In this document: positions 8,878-19,438 of the stretch, one piece after another | Numbering within the stretch: the stretch's first letter is position 1 | How the letters are laid out: the number at the start of each line of letters is the position of its first letter | Assembly (NCBI GenBank): GCA_017450025.1 | Contig: JAFSYJ010000040.1 | Span: 15,224-79,223 of the forward strand | Source of the DNA: Clostridia bacterium | Lineage (GTDB): Bacteria > Bacillota > Clostridia > UMGS1883 > UMGS1540 | Direction: 5' to 3' | DNA length: 64,000 bases | The notes under the pieces: model-generated | The model's database searches: none | Seen by the model: only the letters and a program-made list of their open reading frames with translations | Told to the model about the DNA's origin: nothing | Translations under genes and position numbers: made by a program

Positions 8878-10058
8878 TATCCGACATCTCCTTTAACAAT
8901 TACATTATCATATAAAAGCAATGAATTGGCAGCCGAATTATCCTCTTTGACTATCATGTAATCGTTGTTGTGATATATAATTTCAACCTTTTTAAACACC
9001 TTTTCGCCGCCGTTTTGAACATAAACACCCGTTTGCTCGCCCTCCATGCACAGAGCCGCCATCGGGACTTTAAGCCCCTCATATGTATTGAGAACAATAT
9101 CGATTGATACATTTCTGCGGCTTAAAATGCCGCTGACATCACGGTTAAGCTTGAAGGTCACGACCTTTTTGCCGCCCTCTTCTCCAGATATCGCATAAAT
9201 TTCAGCAGGCGCGGTTTGTCCTCCTGCGTCTCTGAATACTATCTTCATTGTGTTTCCTATCTCGAATTTTTCGGCGTCCTTAAGTTCAAGCGGAACAGCA
9301 AGATACCAAACAAAGTTGTCAATTATTTTACATACGGTGTCACCTTTTAAAACATCGGACTGCGTGTTGCCCTTAACATTTTTGTATCTCACAAAATCCG
9401 AAGGCAAAAGCCATTCTATCGCGTTAGGTGTGAGTGTTTCTTCAAGTCCGTCAAGTCGCGCGGAAAACACTCCACTTTTCGGTGATATGATTTCATTTAT
9501 TAAATTTCCGAGTTTTGACTCTAAGAGCTTTTTCTCGTTTTCAAGGTTTGCCAGAATAGTGTCTCCCCTGCCGTCAACTACCCTTCGTTTGTCAACGAGC
9601 TTTATGATTTCGTTTTTACAAAAAGAAACATTTGTCATTTTGCCCTGCGAGCCTGCTTTTATTATCTTTTCAATATTGCTGTCTATACTGTCGTCAAGTC
9701 CGATTAAGTCATTCTCAAAATCAGGATTTGCGAGTGCATCTTTTAATGACGAAATACGGCTGTTAATAACGGTGAGATTTACTCTTGCCGCCTCGTCGGT
9801 CTCTCCGCTTAAAATTGCCGCAAGGCTCATAGCGTTACCGATTTTTTCACAATCCGAAACATATGGCTGCAAAACGCCGTCTGCAGGAGCGGATACAAGA
9901 GATTCGTTCTTTATCAGCCAGCCTGTCGCCGAAACCTGCTCCTTAATAGAGCCGACGCGCGCAAGCTCCTGTGTGTCCTTATTATTAAAAAATATGATTA
10001 TATTCCATATCAGAAAAATTGCCAGGAATACCGTAGCCACCTTTGAAACGGTACGCAT
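8877..10058 (-). CDS. HlyD-like membrane-fusion/periplasmic-adaptor-type protein
   Basis: N-terminal TM helix, SAPADG and SPKSG hairpin motifs, coiled coil. ATG overlaps the miaA stop (TAATG). Confidence 0.6.
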   Translation of the reverse strand: MRTVSKVATVFLAIFLIWNIIIFFNNKDTQELARVGSIKEQVSATGWLIKNESLVSAPADGVLQPYVSDCEKIGNAMSLAAILSGETDEAARVNLTVINSRISSLKDALANPDFENDLIGLDDSIDSNIEKIIKAGSQGKMTNVSFCKNEIIKLVDKRRVVDGRGDTILANLENEKKLLESKLGNLINEIISPKSGVFSARLDGLEETLTPNAIEWLLPSDFVRYKNVKGNTQSDVLKGDTVCKIIDNFVWYLAVPLELKDAEKFEIGNTMKIVFRDAGGQTAPAEIYAISGEEGGKKVVTFKLNRDVSGILSRRNVSIDIVLNTYEGLKVPMAALCMEGEQTGVYVQNGGEKVFKKVEIIYHNNDYMIVKEDNSAANSLLLYDNVIVKGDVG

Positions 10059-10972
10059 TATTTCCACCTTTCTTCAGCAAGCAAAATAACTTTTTTATCG
10101 TCTGAAGCGCTGATTTTTATAACCTCGCTGTCTCTTTTAAACCATGTTATCTGCCTTTTTGCAAGCCGTCTTGTATTGCGCTTGATAAGATTTATTGCTT
10201 CATCGCGCGCAAGCAGTCCGTCAAAGTAAAATTTAAGTTCCCTGTACCCTATGGACTGCATCGCGGTAACATTTTTGCCGCCTATTTTTCTGTAAATGTC
10301 AAGTGCTTCGTCAAAAAGACCTTGTTCCACCATTTTATCGACTCGCATATTTATTTTATTATACAAAATTTCGCGCTCTGTTTCAATAAAAAAATACAAA
10401 TAATCAAAAATTTTTTCCTCTGAATTTGACTTCATGTCGCTCTCTGTTTTTGTCATTCCCGTATTTTCGTAAATTTCCAAAGCGCGGATAACTCTTTTTA
10501 AATCGTTTGGGTGCAGTTTTGCAGCGCTTTCGGGGTCGATCTTGCAAAGCTTTTCGTACATTGCGGTTTTTCCGTTTGCATTTGCTTCTTCCTCCAAGCG
10601 CTTGCGGATATCTTCGTCAAACGCGTTTTCGGCAAGCTTAATGCCGTGTATCAGCGTATCAATGTAAAGCCCCGTACCGCCTGCAAGTATCGGCATTTTT
10701 CCGCGCGAATATATATCAAAAGCTGCTTCTTTTGCAAGCGTAACAAACTTGTCAACGGAAAAGCCTTCCCACGGCTCTAAAATATCAATAAGATGGTGCT
10801 TTATTCCGCACATTTCTTCTTCGGTAGGCTTCGCCGTGCCTATATTCATACGCTTGTAAATTTGCATTGAATCCGCCGATATGACCTCTCCGTCAAGCGC
10901 TTTTGCAACCTCGATCGCCAAGGCCGTTTTACCTGACGCAGTGGGTCCTGCAATAACAATAATAGGTATCAT
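10058..10972 (-). CDS. miaA: tRNA dimethylallyltransferase
   Basis: GPTASGKT, ISADSMQIY, GGTGLY and KRQITWF motifs. Confidence 0.96.
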   Translation of the reverse strand: MIPIIVIAGPTASGKTALAIEVAKALDGEVISADSMQIYKRMNIGTAKPTEEEMCGIKHHLIDILEPWEGFSVDKFVTLAKEAAFDIYSRGKMPILAGGTGLYIDTLIHGIKLAENAFDEDIRKRLEEEANANGKTAMYEKLCKIDPESAAKLHPNDLKRVIRALEIYENTGMTKTESDMKSNSEEKIFDYLYFFIETEREILYNKINMRVDKMVEQGLFDEALDIYRKIGGKNVTAMQSIGYRELKFYFDGLLARDEAINLIKRNTRRLAKRQITWFKRDSEVIKISASDDKKVILLAEERWK

Positions 10973-12805
10973 TTAAACAATCCTTTTAAACTGTTTTTCA
11001 ATCTTATATTTTGACAGCTTCATAATAACAGGTCTGCCGTGCGGACAGGTCGCCTCGCCTTCGGTTTCTAAAATCCGTTCGCATAGACTTTTCTGTTCCT
11101 CAACCGACAGCTTTTGCCCTGCCTTAAGTGCCGCCTTGCAGGCAAGAGTGTATATCGCCTTATCCGCCCGCGCGGCGGCAGGCTCTCTGCCGTTTGAAAG
11201 TATTTCCAAAGCCTCTGATATATAAGGCTGTGCCTCAGCAATATCTATGTTGTCTGGTATTGCCGATATTTTTACGGTATTATGTCCGAACTCCTCGGCG
11301 TCAAACCCTGCTTTGTCAAAAAAATCTCTGTTTTCCGCAAATGTGGCAAATTCAGAAGCCGTCACCTGAACCGTTAAAGGCAAAAGCAACATCTGCGAAT
11401 TTATCTTTTCGTTTTTTATGATTTCCTCGTAAATTATCCTTTCGTGTGCGGCGTGCTGGTCAATCAAAATCATATTGTTGCCGTATTCCGCTACGATATA
11501 CGTCCCGAAAAGCTGGCCTATAACTCTGACCTCTTCCTTTGTTTCAGGCAAGGCCTCGTTTTCCGTATTCCGCTCCCTGCCAAACGCCTTTTGAATTACC
11601 TCCTGCGGTATCTGAGGCTTTGGAATAACAATATCCTCACTGATTACGGGCTTTTGCACAAACTCCGTTTTAACCTGCGGCTTTGGCGGTATATAGTCCA
11701 CGGGAATATTATCTTTTTTTGCAGGTTTTACAACAAAGCCGCTTTTTTTAATATCCTCAAACCCCGTTTGCGGCTTGACCTCTTTCTTACTTTCCAATTC
11801 CATATTGCGCGTAACATCGGCTTTATAAAGCGCGTTTTTTGCTGCCCAATAAACTGCCGAAAATATGTCTTTTTCATTGGAAAACTTAATTTCGGCTTTA
11901 GTCGGGTGAACATTAACATCGCACAGTGCGGGATTTACTGTGATATTTAAAACTGCCACAGGAAATCTACCCGTCATCATATGGCTTTTGTAGCTTTCGG
12001 AAAGCGCAAGGTAAAAATTCTTGTTTACGACAAGACGACTGTTGACAAAGAAAATCTGATTCGACCTGTTGCCCCGTGAGAGCGAAGCCTTGCCGACAAG
12101 TCCCGTAACCCTCACGCCATTTTCTTCGTAATCGGCTTCTATCATCTGTGCCGCAGTTTCTGCGCCCATAACGGAATAAACAACATTCTTTAAGCTATTG
12201 TCGCCGCTTGTATAAAAAACTTCTTTTCCGTTTGAAATAAATCTTATCGACACATCGGGGCGCGCCATTGCCATTCTTTTAAGCGTGTCCTCAATATGAG
12301 CCGCCTCGGTAGAATCCTTTTTCAGAAACTTCATTCGCGCAGGCGTGTTATAAAAAAGATTCCGCACGGTTATCGTCGTACCGTTAGGACAGCCTGCAGG
12401 GCGTATATCTCTGACCTCGCCGCCTTTAAGAGATGCGTATGTCCCTTCGGCTTCGTCTGAAGTGCAGGTAAAGATCTCAACCTCCGAAACAGCTCCTATG
12501 CTGTAAAGAGCCTCGCCACGGAAGCCGAGAGTGTGAATTGTTTCCAAGTCCCTACCGTCTGATATTTTGCTCGTCGCGTGGCGCAGGAAAGCCGTCGGTA
12601 CTTGTTCTGCCGCAATTCCACAGCCGTTGTCGGTAACTCTCATGTAAGAGATACCGCCGTTTTTTATTTCAACAACTATTCTTCCTGCTCCGGCATCAAT
12701 GGAATTTTCAACAAGCTCCTTGATGACAGAAGCAGGCCTTTCAACAACCTCACCTGCTGCAATCAGCGACGCAGTTTCGGGCGATAAAACTTTAATATCC
12801 GCCAT
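10973..12805 (-). CDS. mutL: DNA mismatch repair protein MutL
   Basis: AAGEVVERP, GFRGEAL, DQHAAHER and CPHGRP motifs. Confidence 0.97.
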   Translation of the reverse strand: MADIKVLSPETASLIAAGEVVERPASVIKELVENSIDAGAGRIVVEIKNGGISYMRVTDNGCGIAAEQVPTAFLRHATSKISDGRDLETIHTLGFRGEALYSIGAVSEVEIFTCTSDEAEGTYASLKGGEVRDIRPAGCPNGTTITVRNLFYNTPARMKFLKKDSTEAAHIEDTLKRMAMARPDVSIRFISNGKEVFYTSGDNSLKNVVYSVMGAETAAQMIEADYEENGVRVTGLVGKASLSRGNRSNQIFFVNSRLVVNKNFYLALSESYKSHMMTGRFPVAVLNITVNPALCDVNVHPTKAEIKFSNEKDIFSAVYWAAKNALYKADVTRNMELESKKEVKPQTGFEDIKKSGFVVKPAKKDNIPVDYIPPKPQVKTEFVQKPVISEDIVIPKPQIPQEVIQKAFGRERNTENEALPETKEEVRVIGQLFGTYIVAEYGNNMILIDQHAAHERIIYEEIIKNEKINSQMLLLPLTVQVTASEFATFAENRDFFDKAGFDAEEFGHNTVKISAIPDNIDIAEAQPYISEALEILSNGREPAAARADKAIYTLACKAALKAGQKLSVEEQKSLCERILETEGEATCPHGRPVIMKLSKYKIEKQFKRIV

Positions 12806-15403
12806 TTATACTCCCTCTTTTGCTTTTTTTGAAAGCTCAAATAATTTTCCGAGCGCCTCTATTGGTGTTAAAACATTGGGGTCTATTTTTTTAAGTTCTT
12901 CTACTATTTCATTACCCGCAAAGGCATCAAAGCCTATCTGGGCGCTTGCGTCCTTTTGAATCCTTCTGCCGTTTGATATCACCCTGATTTGAGTACCTTC
13001 GCTCTCAATGCCCTCTAAAATTTCTTTTGCCCTTTTCGTTATTTTGTCAGGCACGCCGGCAAGCTTTGCCACTTCGATTCCGTAGCTTTCGTCAGCGCCG
13101 CCCTGAACTATTTTTCTTAAAAATATAATATCGTCGTTGCGCTTTTTAACCGCAATCGAATTATTTACAACACCGTCCATTTTGCCCTCAAGCGCCGTGA
13201 GCTCGTGGTAATGCGTGGCAAAAAGCGTTTTTGCTTTTATTTTTTGAGCGCAGTATTCCAAAACCGCCCACGCGATCGAAAGCCCATCATAGGTGCTTGT
13301 CCCTCTGCCTATCTCATCTAAAATCAAAAGGCTTTTACCTGTTGCATTTTTTAAGATGCCTGCGACTTCGCTCATTTCCACCATAAATGTACTCTGGCCT
13401 GCCGCCAAATCGTCTGACGCGCCGACTCTTGTAAACACCTTGTCCACAACGCCTATTTTGCAGCTGTCACACGGTACGAAGCTCCCTATCTGCGCCATAA
13501 TTATTATGAGTGCCGCCTGCCGCATATATGTTGATTTGCCGGCCATATTAGGACCTGTTAAAATAGTCAGCCGTCTGTCAGATGTGTTTATTGATGTGTC
13601 GTTAGGTACAAACAGGCTTCCGCGCAAAACCTTTTCTACAACAGGATGTCTGCCGCCTGAAATTTCGATAGAGTCGCTCATATCCACAACAGGATATGTG
13701 TAGTTGTTTTTATACGCAACCTCCGCGAGCGCGCAAAGGGCGTCAACCGTCGCAACGCACCGCGCTGTTCTCTGTATCCTGTCCACTTGAGATGCAAGTA
13801 TATCTCTTATTTCTCCAAACAGCTTGTACTCAAGCGCGGCGATTTTTTCAGCCGCTCCGAGTACCTCGTCCTCGATTTCTTTAAGTCTTTGAGTGATATA
13901 TCTCTCACCCGTTGTTATTGTTTGCTTGCGGATATAATCGTCGGGCACGCGGTCTTTATACATATTTGAAATTTCTATGTAATACCCGAATACCTTATTA
14001 TATTTTACCTTTAAATTTTTAATTCCCGTTCTTTCGCGCTCGGCATTTTCAACCTCTGCCATAGCGCCCGTGCCTTTGTCTCTGATAACGCGAAGCCTGT
14101 CAAGCTCCTCGTTATAGCCTTTTTGTATTATCTTGCCGTCACGCATAGCAAGCGGAGGGTCTTCTACTATTCCTCTGACTAAAATATCGTATATGTCGTA
14201 AAGCTCGTCAAAGTCAGAAATTTCCTTTATGAGCGGAGCGTCAAAAAATTCAAGCTCCTTTTTGAGACGCGGCAGCCATTTAATAGACTCACGCATTTTT
14301 ACAAGGTCACGCGGATTTGCGCTGCCCATAACAATTCTGCTTATCGCTCTTTCAAGGTCGGAAATATAGCATAAAACCTCGCGGACATTGTCGCGCGCTA
14401 TATTATCCCCTTTGAACGATGCCACCGCGTTAAGCCTATGATTTATCTTTGCGCAGTTTAAAAGCGGTCTTAAAAGCCAATTTTTAAGTATCCGTGAGCC
14501 CATCGCCGTTTTTGTATCGTCAAGCACCCAAAAAAGCGAGTGTGTCTTTCTCTTGTCTCTCATACTTTAGACAATTTCGAGATTTCTCCTTGCGCTCTGA
14601 TCCAAACCCATATACTGGGCGGATTCATATACCTCTAAGTTCCGTATATGCTGCGGGTCCATCTGCTGCGTTTGCAGTATATATGACAAAAGTGCCCCTG
14701 TCGCACAAGCTGAATACTGATTAAGTTCGTCATTCATATCCTTAAAGTGCGAAGAAATCAATGCTTCGGCATTTTCGGGCAAAAAGTATGCATCGTTGCA
14801 AAGCTCAAGCCGCGCCTCGGTTTTTTCGTCAATATACTTTTTGAGTTCCGCGTCTTCATATCCGTCAATGTTTATTATTATTTCAACAGGTGCAAACCTT
14901 GCAAGCTCATCTATGATATTCAAGGTTTCATTCCCGTATATAAAAGATGTAGTCATAATATCGCCTGTCGAAACCTCGCAAAATGTTATGCCTGCGCCGC
15001 CTGTGTCTTTAAAAATACAGCACATATAGTTAGTGGTCTTGCTTGCCAAAAAATCGCCGTCTAAAATAGTACCCGGAGTTATAAGGCGCACGACCTCCCT
15101 GTCAACAAGCTTTTTGCCTTTTTGCGGTGCTTCGGTCTGCTCGCATATAGCGACCTTTAAACCTGCTGCAATAAGCTTCGCGATGTACGGCTCAACAGAG
15201 TGATACGGCACTCCGCACATTGGCGCTCTTTCTTCCTGACCGCAGTTTTTGCCCGTAAGTGCAATATTTAAAATTTCCGATGCAACTTTGGCATCGTCAT
15301 AAAACATTTCGTAAAAATCACCAAGCCTGAAAAATAAAATTGCATCGCTGTACTGCTCTTTAATTTCCAGATATTGCTTCATCATAAGTGTAGGTTCAGC
15401 CAT
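12806..15403 (-). pseudogene. mutS: DNA mismatch repair protein MutS interrupted by an in-frame TAA at 14567-14569
   Basis: ORF 14567..15403 (FFRLGDFYEMF) and ORF 12806..14563 (GPNMAGKST, DEIGRGT) are in the same frame. The junction reads GTC TAA AGT ATG (LEIV*SMRDK); joined length is about 865 aa. Confidence 0.85.
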
Positions 15404-15578
15404 AATGTACCTCCAAACCTTGCATTTTGGAATATCTAACCATTGTTATTTTATCATATAAAAAAATAAATTTCAACAAATAATCTTAAAAAACTGCATA
15501 GCTTTTTACATAGATATTGACATATTATTTTTTTAAAGTAATATACAATGTAAGATTATAGTATAATCAAAGAAAGGG

Positions 15579-15968
15579 ATGGTAATTGTGATATATGGCG
15601 TAGCACTATTGTCTGTCTGTATGTTTATAGGTTCGTTAATCGGTAACCTGTTGGGTCTTGCCACAGGGCTTGGATCCGATATAGGTGGTGTTGGATTTGC
15701 AATGCTGCTGCTGTTGCTGTTGCTGATAACAAATTCAAATAAAATCACAAAAAAACTGCCCGAAGGTTATGAAAAAGGTCTTAACTTCTGGAAAGAGATG
15801 TTTATTCCCGTTATTATTGCAATGTCAGCGTCGCAAAATGTTTTTGGTGCTGTTTCCGGCGGCGGTCTGGCGCTTATCGCCGGAATAGCATCAGTCTTGG
15901 TAGCCTTTCTTATGCTTCCGATTTTGAACAGCTTTTTATTAAAAATGGCTTTGTTATGTCATTCTTGA
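15579..15968 (+). CDS. madL: Malonate transporter subunit MadL
   Basis: IYGVALLS, GGVGFAM, FW..M.IP.II.AM.A.QNV motifs. Confidence 0.85.
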   Translation: MVIVIYGVALLSVCMFIGSLIGNLLGLATGLGSDIGGVGFAMLLLLLLLITNSNKITKKLPEGYEKGLNFWKEMFIPVIIAMSASQNVFGAVSGGGLALIAGIASVLVAFLMLPILNSFLLKMALLCHS

Positions 15969-16675
15969 TTGTGGGCATTATTTCGGTATTTTCAAATTTT
16001 GTTTCTTCAAAGCTGACTCACGGACGAATACATAATTCAGCAATTGCAATATTTGTAGGCTTGATTCTTGCCTATGTCGGAGGAACAATCACAGGCGGCG
16101 AAAAGGGAATTTCCGATATTTCCGTTTTTGCAGGGCTCGGAATTTTAGGCGGCTCATCACTTCGTGATTTTGCCATTGTTGCCACTTCTTTCGGCGCAAA
16201 GATGTCGGAAATCAAAAAATGCGGAGCAGTTGGCATTGTTTCACTTTTGGTAGGTATCTTAACGGCTTTTATAGCAGGTGCAGTTGTTGCAATCGCATTT
16301 GGTTATACAGATGCTGTCAGCGTATCCACAATTGCCGCAGGAACGGTTACATTTGTAGTCGGTCCTGTCACAGGTGCGGCGTTGGGTGCTGAATCAACCG
16401 TAATCGCTATCTCCGTAGCAAGCGGCTTGGTTAAATCGATTGCGGCTATGTTATTCACCCCTGTTGTTGCCAAAAAAATCGGTCTTAATACGCCGAGAGC
16501 CGCAATGATTTTTGGCGGTCTAATGGGAACTACAAGCGGAACAACGGCAGGTCTTGCGGCAACAGATGCAAGCCTCGTTCCTTACGGTGCAATGACAGCC
16601 CCATTCTATACGGGACTTGGCTGTTTACTGTGTCCTTCAGTGCTGTATCCGCTAATGAGATTATTTTTATCATAA
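15956..16675 (+). CDS. madM: Malonate transporter subunit MadM (start uncertain, possibly 5'-damaged)
   Basis: LTHGRIHNSAIAI, LRDFAIVAT, GGLMGTTSG and LVPYGAMTA motifs. Confidence 0.85.
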   Translation: MSFLIVGIISVFSNFVSSKLTHGRIHNSAIAIFVGLILAYVGGTITGGEKGISDISVFAGLGILGGSSLRDFAIVATSFGAKMSEIKKCGAVGIVSLLVGILTAFIAGAVVAIAFGYTDAVSVSTIAAGTVTFVVGPVTGAALGAESTVIAISVASGLVKSIAAMLFTPVVAKKIGLNTPRAAMIFGGLMGTTSGTTAGLAATDASLVPYGAMTAPFYTGLGCLLCPSVLYPLMRLFLS

Positions 16676-16694
16676 GAGCATAATATAAAAAACG

Positions 16695-16736
16695 AATGAT
16701 CCTTTATGATCCCGCGGTCATACAGGATCATTTTTT
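16695..16736 (+). terminator. Terminator after madM
   Basis: AATGATCCT...AGGATCATT inverted repeat followed by a T-run. Confidence 0.6.
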
Positions 16737-16836
16737 ATACCGAATATTGTCTTATCCCCTTTTAATATATTTTTCCTTGACAATTCCGCAAGTATGGGGT
16801 AATATGAGCTTGTATCAAGTGAAAGGAAACAAGAAA

Positions 16837-17679
16837 ATGTCTAAACAATCACTCATTAAACTTAATAAGCTTTTCAAAGCTCCCGTTCACCCATTTAATT
16901 TGCAAAATAACGGCGTAAAATCGTATGCTATGTGGCAGTACGAAAAGGGTGAGGACACAATTAAGTTTTTTCTTAAAAAATACACAAAAGAAGAAATGTT
17001 TAAAGACAAAATATGCGTCGATATCGGCTGCGGCGCGGCTGGAAAGTCTTTATTCTATGTTTCGTGCGGCGCAAAAAAAGTTTACGGCTTGGAGATCCTC
17101 GGAAAGTACAAGGAAGAAGCCGACGCCCTTGCAGAGTCGCTCGGATTTTCGGACAAGTTTGAATTTGTATGCGGTGACAGCGCGGATTTGCCTTTCGAAG
17201 ATAATTTTGCCGACACGATAATAGTAAACGACGCTATGGAGCATGTCGCAAACCCTGAAAAAACCTTGCTTGAAATGATGCGTGTTTTAAAAAGCGGCGG
17301 GAGGATTTATATAAACTTTCCTCCGTATTATCACCCGTTTGGCGCGCACTTGAGCGATGCGATATATATACCGTGGGTGCATATACCGTATTCCGAAAAA
17401 ACGCTGATAGAAGCGTATAAAGAGCTCGTTAAAGATGTCCCTGACGGCGCAGAAAGAATAAAGTTCCGTATTTCCAAAAGGGAAAACGGTGAAGAATATT
17501 TTTCTTATATAAACAAAATGACGCTGAAAAGGTTTAAAGGAATACTGAAAAAGCTTGATTTAAAGCCTGTTTACTATTGCGAAGCCCCCCTGCGAAGCAT
17601 TCTGTCACCTCTGGCAAAGCTCCCAGGATTGCGTGAAATGTTTGTAAAAATGGCCGTTGTGGTGCTTGAAAAAAAATAA
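16837..17679 (+). CDS. Class I SAM-dependent methyltransferase
   Basis: VDIGCGAAG motif I, DAMEHV, LKSGG. AAAGGA RBS supports ATG 16837 rather than 16696. Confidence 0.8.
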   Translation: MSKQSLIKLNKLFKAPVHPFNLQNNGVKSYAMWQYEKGEDTIKFFLKKYTKEEMFKDKICVDIGCGAAGKSLFYVSCGAKKVYGLEILGKYKEEADALAESLGFSDKFEFVCGDSADLPFEDNFADTIIVNDAMEHVANPEKTLLEMMRVLKSGGRIYINFPPYYHPFGAHLSDAIYIPWVHIPYSEKTLIEAYKELVKDVPDGAERIKFRISKRENGEEYFSYINKMTLKRFKGILKKLDLKPVYYCEAPLRSILSPLAKLPGLREMFVKMAVVVLEKK

Positions 17680-17722
17680 AAAATTATCCCTGCTTGCATA
17701 AGCAAACAGGGATTTTTCTTTT
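17680..17722. terminator. Bidirectional terminator between convergent genes
   Basis: ATCCCTG...CAGGGAT stem flanked by A and T runs. Confidence 0.65.
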
Positions 17723-17748
17723 GTGATTTATGATAGTTTGTCTTTTGT

Positions 17749-18006
17749 TTACTCTTCAATATTTTTAAGAAAGCTTTTAACAAAAAACTCGATTATTTCA
17801 TCACGCTCAACACGGCTTATAACACCGCGCGCATTATTGTAACTTGTGATATATGTCGGGTCTCCCGAAAGCAGGTAACCGACTATCTGACTCGTCGGGT
17901 CGTAGCCTTTTTCCACAAGAGAGTTGTAAACCTCTTTAAGCACGCTTTCAATTTGAAGCTTTCTGTCAAGCTCCGGGTTGTATTTCATCGTATTTTCATT
18001 TTCCAT
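17749..18006 (-). CDS. IreB/ReoM-family regulatory phosphoprotein (UPF0297)
   Basis: EKGYDP..QIVGYLLSGDPTYITSYNNAR motif. Confidence 0.9.
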   Translation of the reverse strand: MENENTMKYNPELDRKLQIESVLKEVYNSLVEKGYDPTSQIVGYLLSGDPTYITSYNNARGVISRVERDEIIEFFVKSFLKNIEE

Positions 18007-18081
18007 AACTTACCACCCTCCTATACTGTTATAATACACTAATTTTTTTCATAAATCAAGTAGTTTTATATTACAAAGCTG

Positions 18082-19014
18082 TTAATAGTTTGTAAATTCC
18101 GAGCCCTGATATATGTTTCTTTCCGCCATTTTCTTGTCAATTCCGCCCAAGACGGAAATTTTATTGATGCTCCACGCGGGAGCTATCAAATCAGCTTTTG
18201 CGCCGTCACCCGTAACGCGCTCTATCACGCACTCCGGAGGCAAAAGAGCTATCTGTGAGCATACTATATCAATATAGTCATCTTTTGACAGCGGCGTATA
18301 TTTGCCGCTGTGGTATAATTTTTCGTATTCCGTTCCACGAAGGATATGCAAAAGTGATATTTTAACGGCGTCTGGATACATCAAACCCACTTTTTTTGCG
18401 GTGTCGAGCATCATTTCGGGCGTCTCGCCGTACAATCCGTCAATCATATGAACGCATACACGGATTCCCGCATTTTTAAGCTTTAAAAAAGTATCCTCAA
18501 AACAAGCAAAACCATATCCGCGGTTAAAGCCATTTGCCGTTTTATCAAAAACTGTTTGCAGCCCGAGTTCGACAGTCAGGTAAGTTTGCTCTGAAAGCTT
18601 TTGCAAACAGGCTGATGTTTTGTCATCGATGCAGTCGGGACGCGTTGCTATGGCAAGTCCGCAAACATCAGGAAAGCTCAGAGCTTCACCGTATTTTGCA
18701 TTTAATACTTCAACAGGTGCGTAAGTATTTGTATGCGCCTGAAAATACGCAATCATTTTTTGCGGCTTTCCGTATTTTGCCGTCAGGCGCTTCTGCTCAT
18801 TTGCAAGTTGCTCCGTAATACTGCCGCTATGCGTAAATGCGCCGGAGCCGCCGAGACAAAATGCGCAGCCTCCGCGAGATACTGCGCCGTCAATGTTTGG
18901 GCAGGAGAACCCTGCATCGATCACTGCCTTATAAATCTTTCCGCCAAACTTATTTTTTAAATGGTAGTTCAGCGTATGATAACGCTTGTTGTCGTCGGAA
19001 TACTCAAACTTCAT
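18082..19014 (-). CDS. TIGR01212-type radical SAM protein (YtqA/YhcC-like)
   Basis: GFSCPNIDG...GGCAFC, YFQAHTNTY, TRPDC, ELGLQT motifs. Confidence 0.88.
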   Translation of the reverse strand: MKFEYSDDNKRYHTLNYHLKNKFGGKIYKAVIDAGFSCPNIDGAVSRGGCAFCLGGSGAFTHSGSITEQLANEQKRLTAKYGKPQKMIAYFQAHTNTYAPVEVLNAKYGEALSFPDVCGLAIATRPDCIDDKTSACLQKLSEQTYLTVELGLQTVFDKTANGFNRGYGFACFEDTFLKLKNAGIRVCVHMIDGLYGETPEMMLDTAKKVGLMYPDAVKISLLHILRGTEYEKLYHSGKYTPLSKDDYIDIVCSQIALLPPECVIERVTGDGAKADLIAPAWSINKISVLGGIDKKMAERNIYQGSEFTNY

Positions 19015-19438
19015 TTTTTATTTTTTCTTTCCGCGGTAATTTTAAATATAGCAACATTCCGAGCAGAGAACCGCATGAGTCAAGCAAAACATCTTTTATC
19101 ATTCCCGCTCTGCCCGAAACAAATGTCTGGTGCAGCTCATCGCTTGCAGCGTACAAAACACAAAACGCAAGGACTACCCAAAACTTAACATTTTTGAGCC
19201 TTCCCAAGCTGTTGTATGCTAAAATTCCAAGTACAAAATATAAGATAAAATGAGCCGTTTTTCTTACAAAATTCTCTGTAACTTCAATGTGAAAAATACG
19301 GCTTAAAAATTCAACTATCCCTCCGCTTTGAACACTTGATGTGCTTGCGTCTTGGCTGGAAAATCCAAATATCAGCCACATCCATAATATAAGCGTAAGA
19401 AAGCGGATAACCATCTTTATAGTTTGTTTCATAATCAA
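19004..19438 (-). CDS. VanZ-family membrane protein
   Basis: IFGFSSQ, RKTAHF, DELHQTFVSGR motifs. Confidence 0.88.
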   Translation of the reverse strand: MIMKQTIKMVIRFLTLILWMWLIFGFSSQDASTSSVQSGGIVEFLSRIFHIEVTENFVRKTAHFILYFVLGILAYNSLGRLKNVKFWVVLAFCVLYAASDELHQTFVSGRAGMIKDVLLDSCGSLLGMLLYLKLPRKEKIKNEV

